IMG/VR virus record: IMGVR_UViG_3300048629_000053
Location: 1 to 30,795 of that record
Direction: 5' to 3' (one strand)
Length of the DNA stretch: 30,795 nt
DNA from: a virus
Lineage: Duplodnaviria; Caudoviricetes
In this document: positions 17,367 through 25,237 of the stretch, piece by piece
How positions within the stretch are numbered: position 1 is the first letter of the stretch
How the letters are laid out: the number at the start of each line of letters is the position of its first letter
Notes under the pieces: model-generated
Database searches by the model: none
What the model was told of the DNA's origin: nothing
The model's input: the letters and a program-made list of their open reading frames with translations, nothing else
Position numbers and translations under genes: made by a program

Positions 17367-19156
17367 CCGACCACACACCGAATTACAACTGGCCTATACC
17401 TGATGAGTTTTCAGATCCGTACTATGTCGCATTTAAAGCTATGATGGACGGGGTTGACGCGGATTTGAAAACCGTTGATAACGCGGGCTGGAAGTACTTA
17501 CATTTACCAACCCATGAACCCCCGATTACATTAACAGCAGTGGATAGTCACACACATTATTATTTACGTGGAGATACAGATTTCACATTGCCGCCAGCCG
17601 TACCAGGTTTGATTTTCCGCTTTTCAGGTGCACCAGATATTTATATATCCGGCACGGACCACATTGACTTTTTGGGTTACCCGTATGCTACACGCTTGAG
17701 GGGTGCTGTAAACGACAGTGATCCGTACAGTGAAATAACTTTGTTATGCGTGACCGCCGGAATGTGGTTTCTCGGCGAGCCGTCCGGATGGTGGGATGTG
17801 TACAGCGGCTCACCCCCACACCATTCTTACTCTCACATCTTCGATTCCGCTCTTGCTTGTGATCCTAGCAATGCAGGACGTGTCATACAATACACCGCCC
17901 TTGGTGTAATGGCATCTTCGAATAAAGACGTCGTAGACATCGGTGATGCAGATAGGATCTGGCATCAAGACATTGAGGAACCAGCCGACACGATTGCTGA
18001 CAACAATAAAATAATGTTGTTTCGGCGGCATGAAAATTTGCTCAAATGGAGTGAGGATATTAGTCAAAGCACATGGACAAAGAGCAATGCAACAATAAGC
18101 GGCACCGATGGGATGGTTGCTAGTGCTGTGAGTGCAACGCACGGAGTAAAATACTATATTAACAACAACACCTTGGGTAAGTGGACAATAAAATTTAGGG
18201 CTAAAAAAGGCGATAAAAACTGGATTCACATTTGGTTAATAACTGCATCGGGCGTGTACGGCACACAAGCTTTTGATTTAGCAAACGGTGTTCTAGGCCC
18301 TTCGACAGGCGCGGTTGTCCTGGCGGCGTCGATAGCACCGAGCGCCAGTCATGCCGGCTGGTTTGACGTATCTTTGCAGTATACCGTGGCAGTAGTTAGC
18401 GGTATATATCCGCTGTTGTCAATTTACTCCGCTCCTGCGGGCACATCAAATACTTTTACTGGCGACGCAGTAACGATCAACACTTACATCACTGCGCTGC
18501 AAGCTAGTGTATCCACGTTTAATGACAACCTGCCTTACACAAAAACAACCACAGTGCCCGTCTCTGGTTACCAAGCGGTTGACCTTGTACACCGTGATCG
18601 CGAAGTCATTGATGATGAGATCCAAGCGCCGATCATTAGAAACGTCACGACGTCAGCGGGCAAGCTCGATTGGAATTATGCCGATCATTGTGTTGATGTT
18701 GCAGGCTCCACCTTGATCACAACTAACGCCCACAAGATTCACTACGCTTATCAGATAGCGCACAAGTACAAGTGTGATGGACACGCTCATTTACATATTC
18801 ACTGGTTACAGAGTCAAGCGGCGATTCCGAATTGGTGGGGCCGCTGGCGCTTTGTACAGCACGGTCATCCTGCTGGTTCCTGGACCGAGTTTAAATATGA
18901 TGATCACAAAGTCGCATATTCAAGCGGTACAAAAATACTCGTAGTAAGCGCCGGGGCTTATATTGATTTCACAACCGCCGCTGGCGGCAAGCTTTCAATG
19001 TCAGATTTTATCGACGTCGAAATAACACGGGACAGTAATAATGCGTCAGGGTTGTTCAGTGGTGCAGATCCGGTTTCAGGTGCCGTAGGTCTGAAAGGTG
19101 CAGATCCACACATGGTTATTGATGCTCCAGGGTCGACTCTGGAATGGTTCAAATAA
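17363..19156 (+). CDS. mosaic tail fibre / receptor-binding protein
   Basis: start moved to ATG 17363 (GGAGG at 17352-17356, ATGA overlap); TPNYNW N-terminal anchor, FTLPPAVPG module, ENLLKWSED...WTK beta-rich module, C-terminal H.H.HW...RD...GS.LEW domain. Confidence 0.7.
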   Translation: MTDHTPNYNWPIPDEFSDPYYVAFKAMMDGVDADLKTVDNAGWKYLHLPTHEPPITLTAVDSHTHYYLRGDTDFTLPPAVPGLIFRFSGAPDIYISGTDHIDFLGYPYATRLRGAVNDSDPYSEITLLCVTAGMWFLGEPSGWWDVYSGSPPHHSYSHIFDSALACDPSNAGRVIQYTALGVMASSNKDVVDIGDADRIWHQDIEEPADTIADNNKIMLFRRHENLLKWSEDISQSTWTKSNATISGTDGMVASAVSATHGVKYYINNNTLGKWTIKFRAKKGDKNWIHIWLITASGVYGTQAFDLANGVLGPSTGAVVLAASIAPSASHAGWFDVSLQYTVAVVSGIYPLLSIYSAPAGTSNTFTGDAVTINTYITALQASVSTFNDNLPYTKTTTVPVSGYQAVDLVHRDREVIDDEIQAPIIRNVTTSAGKLDWNYADHCVDVAGSTLITTNAHKIHYAYQIAHKYKCDGHAHLHIHWLQSQAAIPNWWGRWRFVQHGHPAGSWTEFKYDDHKVAYSSGTKILVVSAGAYIDFTTAAGGKLSMSDFIDVEITRDSNNASGLFSGADPVSGAVGLKGADPHMVIDAPGSTLEWFK

Positions 19157-19167
19157 GGAGCAGAAAA

Positions 19168-19425
19168 ATGGAAATCTCAGAAGCAAGAAGAATCCACGCC
19201 GTAATTGGCGAACTTTTAAACGTAGAGCTAAACCGTGATTTAGTGTTAGTGCTGGTCGAAAACTACGACCGCCTAGAAGAGGCTATGCTTCTTGCAGATA
19301 GCAAGGCGGATGAAAAACACCCGATCAAAAAAGTCGACGTTGTAATCAAAAAACTCCCTGCTAAATTGCTCCCGGCCACTATTCGCGGGCGCTTTCTTGT
19401 AGGCATGAAAAAATACATGGTGTAA
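19168..19425 (+). CDS. hypothetical protein, possibly a fibre chaperone
   Basis: AAGGAG before ATG 19168; directly follows the fibre gene. Confidence 0.55.
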   Translation: MEISEARRIHAVIGELLNVELNRDLVLVLVENYDRLEEAMLLADSKADEKHPIKKVDVVIKKLPAKLLPATIRGRFLVGMKKYMV

Positions 19426-19429
19426 TCAC

Positions 19430-19753
19430 GTGAGTGACGAAACGACACTACAGATCATTCTGGACAGCATGAAAGGTTTTTCGGGCAAACTAGAGCACTT
19501 GTCCGGCGAGGTAGGCGAGCTGAAAACAGGTGTTGAAGTTTTAAAAGTGCGTACCAAACACCTTGATAAAATGGTCACAAAAGACAGCGCGACGACGCTC
19601 ATCGCATATGCTATAGGCGAGCATGAGAAAAAATGTTTCGCGTTGCATGGTAACGAGGATAAAGGATTGACCAACGCGAAAACGAAACTACTACTCGCGG
19701 TGGCAGGGCTTTTAATCAGTGTGACCGCGTATTTCGCGGGCGGTTTAGTTTAA
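19430..19753 (+). CDS. coiled-coil protein with C-terminal transmembrane helix (holin/XhlA-like candidate)
   Basis: heptad pattern LEHLSGEVGELKTGVEVLK and hydrophobic tail LLLAVAGLLISVTAYFAGGLV. Confidence 0.55.
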   Translation: MSDETTLQIILDSMKGFSGKLEHLSGEVGELKTGVEVLKVRTKHLDKMVTKDSATTLIAYAIGEHEKKCFALHGNEDKGLTNAKTKLLLAVAGLLISVTAYFAGGLV

Positions 19754-19766
19754 TGGAGGGTGTGAT

Positions 19767-20930
19767 ATGGCCTACGGATTGACAACGGGTGGATTTATTA
19801 CAAAACCGTTTGATGCTATAAAAAATGAGATCGAAGATTACGAAAAACAGCATATAGATCCAGGCCTAGATTTTTCTGATGATTCTGCTATTTCGAGCGT
19901 AAATGTTGCAAATGCAAATCAGATCGCGTTGCTCTGGGAATTGGCGGCGGCGGTTTACTCGTCGCAGTATGCGGATACCGCAAACGACTTTTCGCTTGTC
20001 CAAGTCGCCGCTTTGACTGGGACCCTACCTAATGAGTGGACAAAAACAACTGTACAGGGCCGCGTCACATTAAACCCGAACAAAGCGCTTCCGGCGGGCA
20101 GTGTCGCCCACCTGGACGGGAGGCCATCAGACCGTTTTGTCACAACTGAGTATGTCGCGGCGACGCCCTCCGGAGGCGTGTCTCTGGTAATGTTTGAGGC
20201 TGAGCAGCCGGGGCCGATTGATGTTACTGTTGGTTTGCTCAATACAATCGCCGAGCCTGTAAGTGGCTGGACTGCTGTTAATAACACTGTTACCGGAACG
20301 CCTGGCTCACAACCCGAAACGGATGATGAGCTTAGAGATAAACGTGAGAGGGAACTATCCGCGACAGGCGCGACTAACGTTGACGCTATCAGAGCTAAAA
20401 TATCTCAGGTTGACACTGTTACTGACGCCCTCGTTTTCGAAAATGACACGTCATATATTGTCGATGGCCTCATTCCCAAATCGGTAAAAGCTATAGTTAT
20501 CGGAGGCACCGACGCGGACGTGGCGCAGGCCTTATTTTTATCAAAGGCCGCTGGAATTGACACGAACGGCAGCACTTTAGTCACCGTCACAGACACCAAA
20601 AACAACGATCATCTAATACGTTTTGTACGAGCTGTTGCGGTCAATATTTATGTAACTGCTACTATCTCTGTCACTGACGACTGGACAGGGGCGGCAGACA
20701 TGGAGCAGTTAAAAGAAAAAATCGCGGCGTATGTCAATGAACTCAAAATAGGGGGCGACGTGCTCTATGATGGAATTAAATGTGCTATTTATCTGAATGA
20801 TCATGTATACAAAATCACTATTCTAAAAACCGGAACGGCTCTTTTTCCTGCGGGCACTGTCGATATTGCAATAGGTGATGAAGAATACGCGCTTTGTGCC
20901 GTAGCTAACATTAACGTGACGGTAATTTAG
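19767..20930 (+). CDS. baseplate J / gp47-like wedge protein
   Basis: GGAGG ribosome-binding site; MAYGLT..GF..K, ETDDELR..R, VFENDT, GG.D.DVA.A....KAAGI.TNG motifs. Confidence 0.9.
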   Translation: MAYGLTTGGFITKPFDAIKNEIEDYEKQHIDPGLDFSDDSAISSVNVANANQIALLWELAAAVYSSQYADTANDFSLVQVAALTGTLPNEWTKTTVQGRVTLNPNKALPAGSVAHLDGRPSDRFVTTEYVAATPSGGVSLVMFEAEQPGPIDVTVGLLNTIAEPVSGWTAVNNTVTGTPGSQPETDDELRDKRERELSATGATNVDAIRAKISQVDTVTDALVFENDTSYIVDGLIPKSVKAIVIGGTDADVAQALFLSKAAGIDTNGSTLVTVTDTKNNDHLIRFVRAVAVNIYVTATISVTDDWTGAADMEQLKEKIAAYVNELKIGGDVLYDGIKCAIYLNDHVYKITILKTGTALFPAGTVDIAIGDEEYALCAVANINVTVI

Positions 20931-21548
20931 ATGAGTACCTCTACACCGCTCAATTTAACAAGCGCTTGTACAGCAGTAGTAAAAAATACTGTCCATACAA
21001 TGCTTACACAATTTCAAGACCGACATTTTTTTAAAGCTTTCGTTACCGCCATCGGGGAGCAGCTTCAGGAACTAGAATGCGTGTTTATTGATTTACAGAT
21101 ACTCAGGACCCTGGATTATGCTCAGGAAAAGCAGCTTGATAAATTAGGCGAATTACTAGGGGAGGGCCGGGGCGGACGTAGCGATCTAGATTATCGGGCG
21201 GCGCTAAAAGCTCGTATTCGTGTGCACCGTTGCTATTCGACAGCCGAGGAGGTGCTCGCGGTTCTTCAAGCAATTGAGGACCGCGATTATAAAATAGGCG
21301 ACCTTGGTTATGCTCATTTTTTAGTGGACGCGGGCAATCAATCAGATTACTCAGTGAGTTTAAATGTAATCAGCGGAATTTTGCAGACAGCAAAAGGGGG
21401 CGGAATTTTAGTTGATCTGGAATATGCTCTAATCGACGAGGATTATGCATTTACAACCGCAACCGGCGACGCCTCGGAAACAAGTGCAGATAAAGGCACC
21501 GCCGACGATGCTCAAACATCGGGCGGTCACTTGGCAGATATTTTATAG
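20931..21548 (+). CDS. baseplate wedge protein (DUF2612 / gpI-like)
   Basis: LD.A...QLD.LG.L.G..R....D..YR..LKARI motif; follows baseplate J. Confidence 0.8.
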   Translation: MSTSTPLNLTSACTAVVKNTVHTMLTQFQDRHFFKAFVTAIGEQLQELECVFIDLQILRTLDYAQEKQLDKLGELLGEGRGGRSDLDYRAALKARIRVHRCYSTAEEVLAVLQAIEDRDYKIGDLGYAHFLVDAGNQSDYSVSLNVISGILQTAKGGGILVDLEYALIDEDYAFTTATGDASETSADKGTADDAQTSGGHLADIL

Positions 21549-21559
21549 GAGAGCGAAAA

Positions 21560-22708
21560 ATGGCATTTGTACGAATGGATATACCGACGCTGCCTCGGTG
21601 GGCAACCACGGCAGGAAAAACACTTGAACCCGCCGAGAGCAAAAAAGATTCCGGCTGGAATGTAAACGAGCGCCCTCCTGCCCGCTGGTGGAATTGGTTA
21701 TTAAATCAAAATTACGAGTACGCCCGGCGGACGTTGAGACTAATGATGAATCCTCAACCCGGCGCAGTTTTGTTAGCTACCGCCCCCTATGATTTGATTT
21801 GGTCGCCTGTACATGGAGGATGGATTTCTATAGATGCCTCCAAGATAAATTTTTTAAGCGTAAGTGGAGGCTATTCTAGAGGTCTACCTAACCTACCTAT
21901 TACGCCAATTAAAAAAACGGCCTGTGTGCATGCTGGTGCTCTTTTAGTAGGTAGTGTGTCCGGTATTATGTGTAGTACCGGCCCGACAGCCTGGACCGTG
22001 CAAAGCACTCCTAATTCCGTGCAACATTTAGCGACAGGTTTTGGCTACACAAACCGCGTTGTGACAGGCGCTTCGAGTATGGGCGGCTTGTCGATAGATA
22101 CAGCGCCCACATATACAGGGCCTTTTACGCCCTCTCCAGCGCCTCCAGTAGCTCCTGTCCCCGGTATTTATATTGGTGCGCTTATACATTTAGCCGGGAA
22201 CGACTACGGTTGTCTGTTAGATAACGGAGATTTTTTTATTTCCTACAATGACGGAGCTACCTGGTCACTAGCAGGCACGTTGCTAGATAACTATGCTGTG
22301 CCGGGTAAATTCGGCGCTATAGATTTCGACGCTGACGCGCAACGTCTGATAGCTGTAGGTGTAGGTGTTTCAGGCAATCATAGTGTGCAGTACTCGGATG
22401 ATTTAGGGGCTACTTGGACGATGGCCGCATATCCTAATTTAGGGGCTCCGACAGCAGGAGCTGAGGCGGTAGCAGTTCGGTACCTGGGGGAAGGTGTCTG
22501 GATAGCCGGAGGAGCTTTTTCGCTAGCGACAGCCGAAACAATAGTGCCCTTCGTCGCATCGTTCGACCATGGACTTACATGGACAGTACTTCCTGTATAT
22601 GGACCTTCCGTAGGTATTAATCATTTTGAGTTTTTAAACGCGAGCCCTACAGGGTGGCGAGCGACACAGACTGTAAATGCACACACTATGAGGAGCCTAG
22701 AAATATGA
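21560..22708 (+). CDS. tail fibre/spike with BNR (Asp-box) beta-propeller
   Basis: fibre anchor LPRWAT...EP...K..GW...ERPPA.W.NWL; Asp-boxes SYNDGATW, SDDLGATW, SFDHGLTW. Confidence 0.8.
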   Translation: MAFVRMDIPTLPRWATTAGKTLEPAESKKDSGWNVNERPPARWWNWLLNQNYEYARRTLRLMMNPQPGAVLLATAPYDLIWSPVHGGWISIDASKINFLSVSGGYSRGLPNLPITPIKKTACVHAGALLVGSVSGIMCSTGPTAWTVQSTPNSVQHLATGFGYTNRVVTGASSMGGLSIDTAPTYTGPFTPSPAPPVAPVPGIYIGALIHLAGNDYGCLLDNGDFFISYNDGATWSLAGTLLDNYAVPGKFGAIDFDADAQRLIAVGVGVSGNHSVQYSDDLGATWTMAAYPNLGAPTAGAEAVAVRYLGEGVWIAGGAFSLATAETIVPFVASFDHGLTWTVLPVYGPSVGINHFEFLNASPTGWRATQTVNAHTMRSLEI

Positions 22709-22758
22709 TACTTTTCGAAAGGGATGATGAACTAATTATATTGGAGCGCGACGAATGA
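22705..22758 (+). CDS. unannotated 17-aa mini-ORF MILFERDDELIILERDE
   Basis: AGGAG at 22691-22695; ATGA overlaps with both the upstream stop (22706-22708) and the downstream start (22755). Confidence 0.6.
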   Translation: MILFERDDELIILERDE

Positions 22759-23087
22759 ATATTGTAAAATATATGAGGCCGGGCGATACAGGGCCTGCCT
22801 TAGTGGTACAAATAAAAAATAAATCGGACCAGCAGCCTGTCGATTTAACAGGAGCGACTGTTGTTTTTGGGTGCTCATATATTGACGGTACTGGCGTAGC
22901 TACAGATGTAATATCAGAGCCTGCGGCCACGAATGCTGAGGAGGGCATAATTACATGGCAATGGCGCGACGGCGACCTACCTCTCGCCGGTCTCTATCAG
23001 TGTTTTTTCAGAGTGACCTTCTCAGGAGGGTCTGTCGAGACTTACCCGACGCACGGGTTTATTGATCTTCAGGTGTCCTCGCTTTAG
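22755..23087 (+). CDS. BppU-like baseplate upper / fibre-associated protein
   Basis: GDT.PAL.V.I......PVDLTGATV.F...G.I...W..GD...AG.Y...F.VTF.GG..ETYP..G.I motif. Confidence 0.75.
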   Translation: MNIVKYMRPGDTGPALVVQIKNKSDQQPVDLTGATVVFGCSYIDGTGVATDVISEPAATNAEEGIITWQWRDGDLPLAGLYQCFFRVTFSGGSVETYPTHGFIDLQVSSL

Positions 23088-23365
23088 TTTTTGTAAGGAT
23101 TTTCTGAGATTTTTTGCGTGCTTAAACGTGCTTGTAGTAGTTGTGTACGAAGCATTCTGCATTCCATGCGAGAACTTTTTAGTCTTGTATGCAGCACATC
23201 TCGCAGTGTCTGCGAGTCCTTTAGCTCTATCTGCATCATTTTTTTACTTTTTTTCAAAATATTTATCTGATTCTTCAGTTCTTGTATTTTTTCATCATGT
23301 TTCGCGTTCGCAATTGTTTCGATTGTGCGTCCTACGAAGGGCAGCAATGTTAACCAATTAGCCAT
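23084..23365 (-). CDS. hypothetical coiled-coil protein downstream of the amidase (possible lysis accessory)
   Basis: probable start MANWLTLLPFVG at 23365, overlapping the amidase 3' end; coiled-coil pattern follows. Confidence 0.55.
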   Translation of the reverse strand: MANWLTLLPFVGRTIETIANAKHDEKIQELKNQINILKKSKKMMQIELKDSQTLRDVLHTRLKSSRMECRMLRTQLLQARLSTQKISENPYKN

Positions 23366-23997
23366 AATTCGAACTCCTGTAACGATTTCGCATGAGCCTT
23401 TGCTGCCTCCTCGATATGTTCCATACCGCTGAGGTATTCGCAATCCTCCAAATTTGTCATAAATGCGTGTTCAACCAGCACCGAGGGCATTTTTGGTCCT
23501 CGACACTCTCGCATCCAGCGAACGCTTTTGATGCCGCGTGAGTACATATCGGGCCATGCCTCAGATAGATTTTTGTTGATAATCTCGGCCAGTTTTTTTG
23601 ACTTTTTACAGCCTTTTTTATAAAAAACCTTGTGGCCTTGCGCGTCGCTCCATTTTTTGCCTCGTCCTTTTGCGTTTGCGTGCAATGCCAGATAGACAAA
23701 ATTGTACTCAGGCAGTTTTTTTGCGAGCCGGTTCGCGTATTTAATACGCGATTTTAACGGCACATCGAGCGCACCGGGGCGCAGGTTTTCTACGTAATTG
23801 TCGCCCGTATATCCACAATCGCGATGGTTCGCCGTGATATGCATCTCAAGCATTGTTGCGACCTGCTCGTTAAAAAACCCCTCGTACACACCGGGCGGAA
23901 TTTGTGGTGACCTTTTGCCTCGTGTGAGATAGGTTTTCATCGGCCCCTGCCCGCCATGACCGGGGACAACTAACGAGATTAGTGCTTTTTTACTCAT
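23350..23997 (-). CDS. N-acetylmuramoyl-L-alanine amidase (Amidase_3), probable endolysin
   Basis: Zn-binding and catalytic motifs PGHGG, YEG.FN, L.SRI.YAN, LALHANA, MPSVLVEHAFMTN. Confidence 0.92.
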   Translation of the reverse strand: MSKKALISLVVPGHGGQGPMKTYLTRGKRSPQIPPGVYEGFFNEQVATMLEMHITANHRDCGYTGDNYVENLRPGALDVPLKSRIKYANRLAKKLPEYNFVYLALHANAKGRGKKWSDAQGHKVFYKKGCKKSKKLAEIINKNLSEAWPDMYSRGIKSVRWMRECRGPKMPSVLVEHAFMTNLEDCEYLSGMEHIEEAAKAHAKSLQEFELWLIG

Positions 23998-23998
23998 T

Positions 23999-24229
23999 TT
24001 ATTTTCCTTTTTTCGTGTAGGGTTTTCTCTCGTGAGGTTTTGCCGGATATGTTAGCCCCTCACCTAGATATAAAAAATCGGTCGCTTTTGGTGCTGTCTC
24101 TTTTATAAGACAGTCTCGGCATTTCCACAGGTATTTCAGTTCGTCGTTTTTTGTTATACGATGTTTTGTAAGCTTTTCCTCTTTTTTGCCGCACACTTGG
24201 CATTTTTTGATGTGGCTAGTCCGAGCCAT
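23999..24229 (-). CDS. small basic Zn-finger-like protein
   Basis: CQVC...CRDC pair in 76 aa; Lys-rich. Confidence 0.6.
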   Translation of the reverse strand: MARTSHIKKCQVCGKKEEKLTKHRITKNDELKYLWKCRDCLIKETAPKATDFLYLGEGLTYPAKPHERKPYTKKGK

Positions 24230-24743
24230 ATAAAGCCTCTAATTTTTCCCAGAGTTTTATTCTTCTTTTCCATTTTGCATAGACAGCCAAATCTTTTTTA
24301 GGGTTGCATGATTTACCGCCGATATATTTGACGAGGCCTCTCTCGCCATCGCAGCTATCTATACCGACACGAAACCAAATAGCGCCGCACACAGCCTGTC
24401 GATCAACTGTATTCATATCGCACTGTCCATATATACGCGCTTGTTTTCCTACCTGCAAAATTCCCTGCTCGCCTGCTTTTTCTACCGCGTCGCTGCTCAA
24501 CACGTCGCTGCGAAAACGAGACTCGAACCACGCCATCGATATAAGCAACAAACCGGGCAAATTGTACTCATAGGCAGCAAACTCAAGCGCCTGAGCAATT
24601 GTGCGTATTTTCAGCTCGTCATCACGATCTGGGTGTTCACAGTGCTCCATCAAATACCTCACCGCTGCCTCGTTTTGATTGTCTTCTGCTACTGCTGTAT
24701 TCGCAATAGAGCCTAAAAATACCAATATAATCAAAATTTTCAT
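24216..24743 (-). CDS. lytic transglycosylase (SLT/lysozyme-like) with predicted signal peptide
   Basis: AAYEYNLPGLLLISMAWFESRF...GEQGILQV motif; N-terminus MKILIILVFLGSIANTAVA; GAGG before ATG 24743. Confidence 0.78.
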   Translation of the reverse strand: MKILIILVFLGSIANTAVAEDNQNEAAVRYLMEHCEHPDRDDELKIRTIAQALEFAAYEYNLPGLLLISMAWFESRFRSDVLSSDAVEKAGEQGILQVGKQARIYGQCDMNTVDRQAVCGAIWFRVGIDSCDGERGLVKYIGGKSCNPKKDLAVYAKWKRRIKLWEKLEALYGSD

Positions 24744-24747
24744 TTTA

Positions 24748-24930
24748 TTAATCCTCATCCAATTTTAGCGCATAAACTGTTTCGAGCACCTCAAATTTTA
24801 CTTTATCACCTATATAGACCCTCGGCCATTTTTCGCTCATGTCGATGTAGAAAAGGCGTTTAGAGCCTCTTACTACTATTTTCCGATCTCTGTTCCTTAT
24901 TTTCGTTACAACACCTCTAACTAGCCTCAT
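24748..24930 (-). CDS. small basic beta-rich protein (possible OB-fold)
   Basis: 60 aa; RGVVTKI...KIVV...IGDKVKFEV; overlaps the upstream gene. Confidence 0.5.
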   Translation of the reverse strand: MRLVRGVVTKIRNRDRKIVVRGSKRLFYIDMSEKWPRVYIGDKVKFEVLETVYALKLDED

Positions 24931-25234
24931 TTTCCTCTGCCCCTTTTCTGCAAGTCGGCCATTCCGTATTCTGTAGGAAAATACGATATATCAGATTGTG
25001 GCCTTTTATCTCCAGCGAGGGCTCCTGCTCGTCCGGAACAAAAACGGCCGAGTATTCTACGTCCCAGAATTTCTTTCGTAGTTCAGTAAGCGCGGACCTT
25101 CGCAGGCACAGAGGTGTTTCGGGCAACATTAGATACGGCCTAAACCTATCTCCTGCAAAACTCAATTTCTTTTTTTCACAGCTTTTCAAAAATTCTAACA
25201 GCTCAGTTCGAGACATTTTTTCGCCGTAGACCAT
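24917..25234 (-). CDS. hypothetical protein
   Basis: 105 aa ORF that tiles the operon; GGAG upstream. Confidence 0.55.
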   Translation of the reverse strand: MVYGEKMSRTELLEFLKSCEKKKLSFAGDRFRPYLMLPETPLCLRRSALTELRKKFWDVEYSAVFVPDEQEPSLEIKGHNLIYRIFLQNTEWPTCRKGAEENEAS

Positions 25235-25237
25235 GAT

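Noticed and set aside
17363-22708. Diversity-generating retroelement or invertible fibre cassette
   Set aside because: No reverse transcriptase or invertase gene, and no template/variable repeat pair or flanking inverted repeats seen by eye
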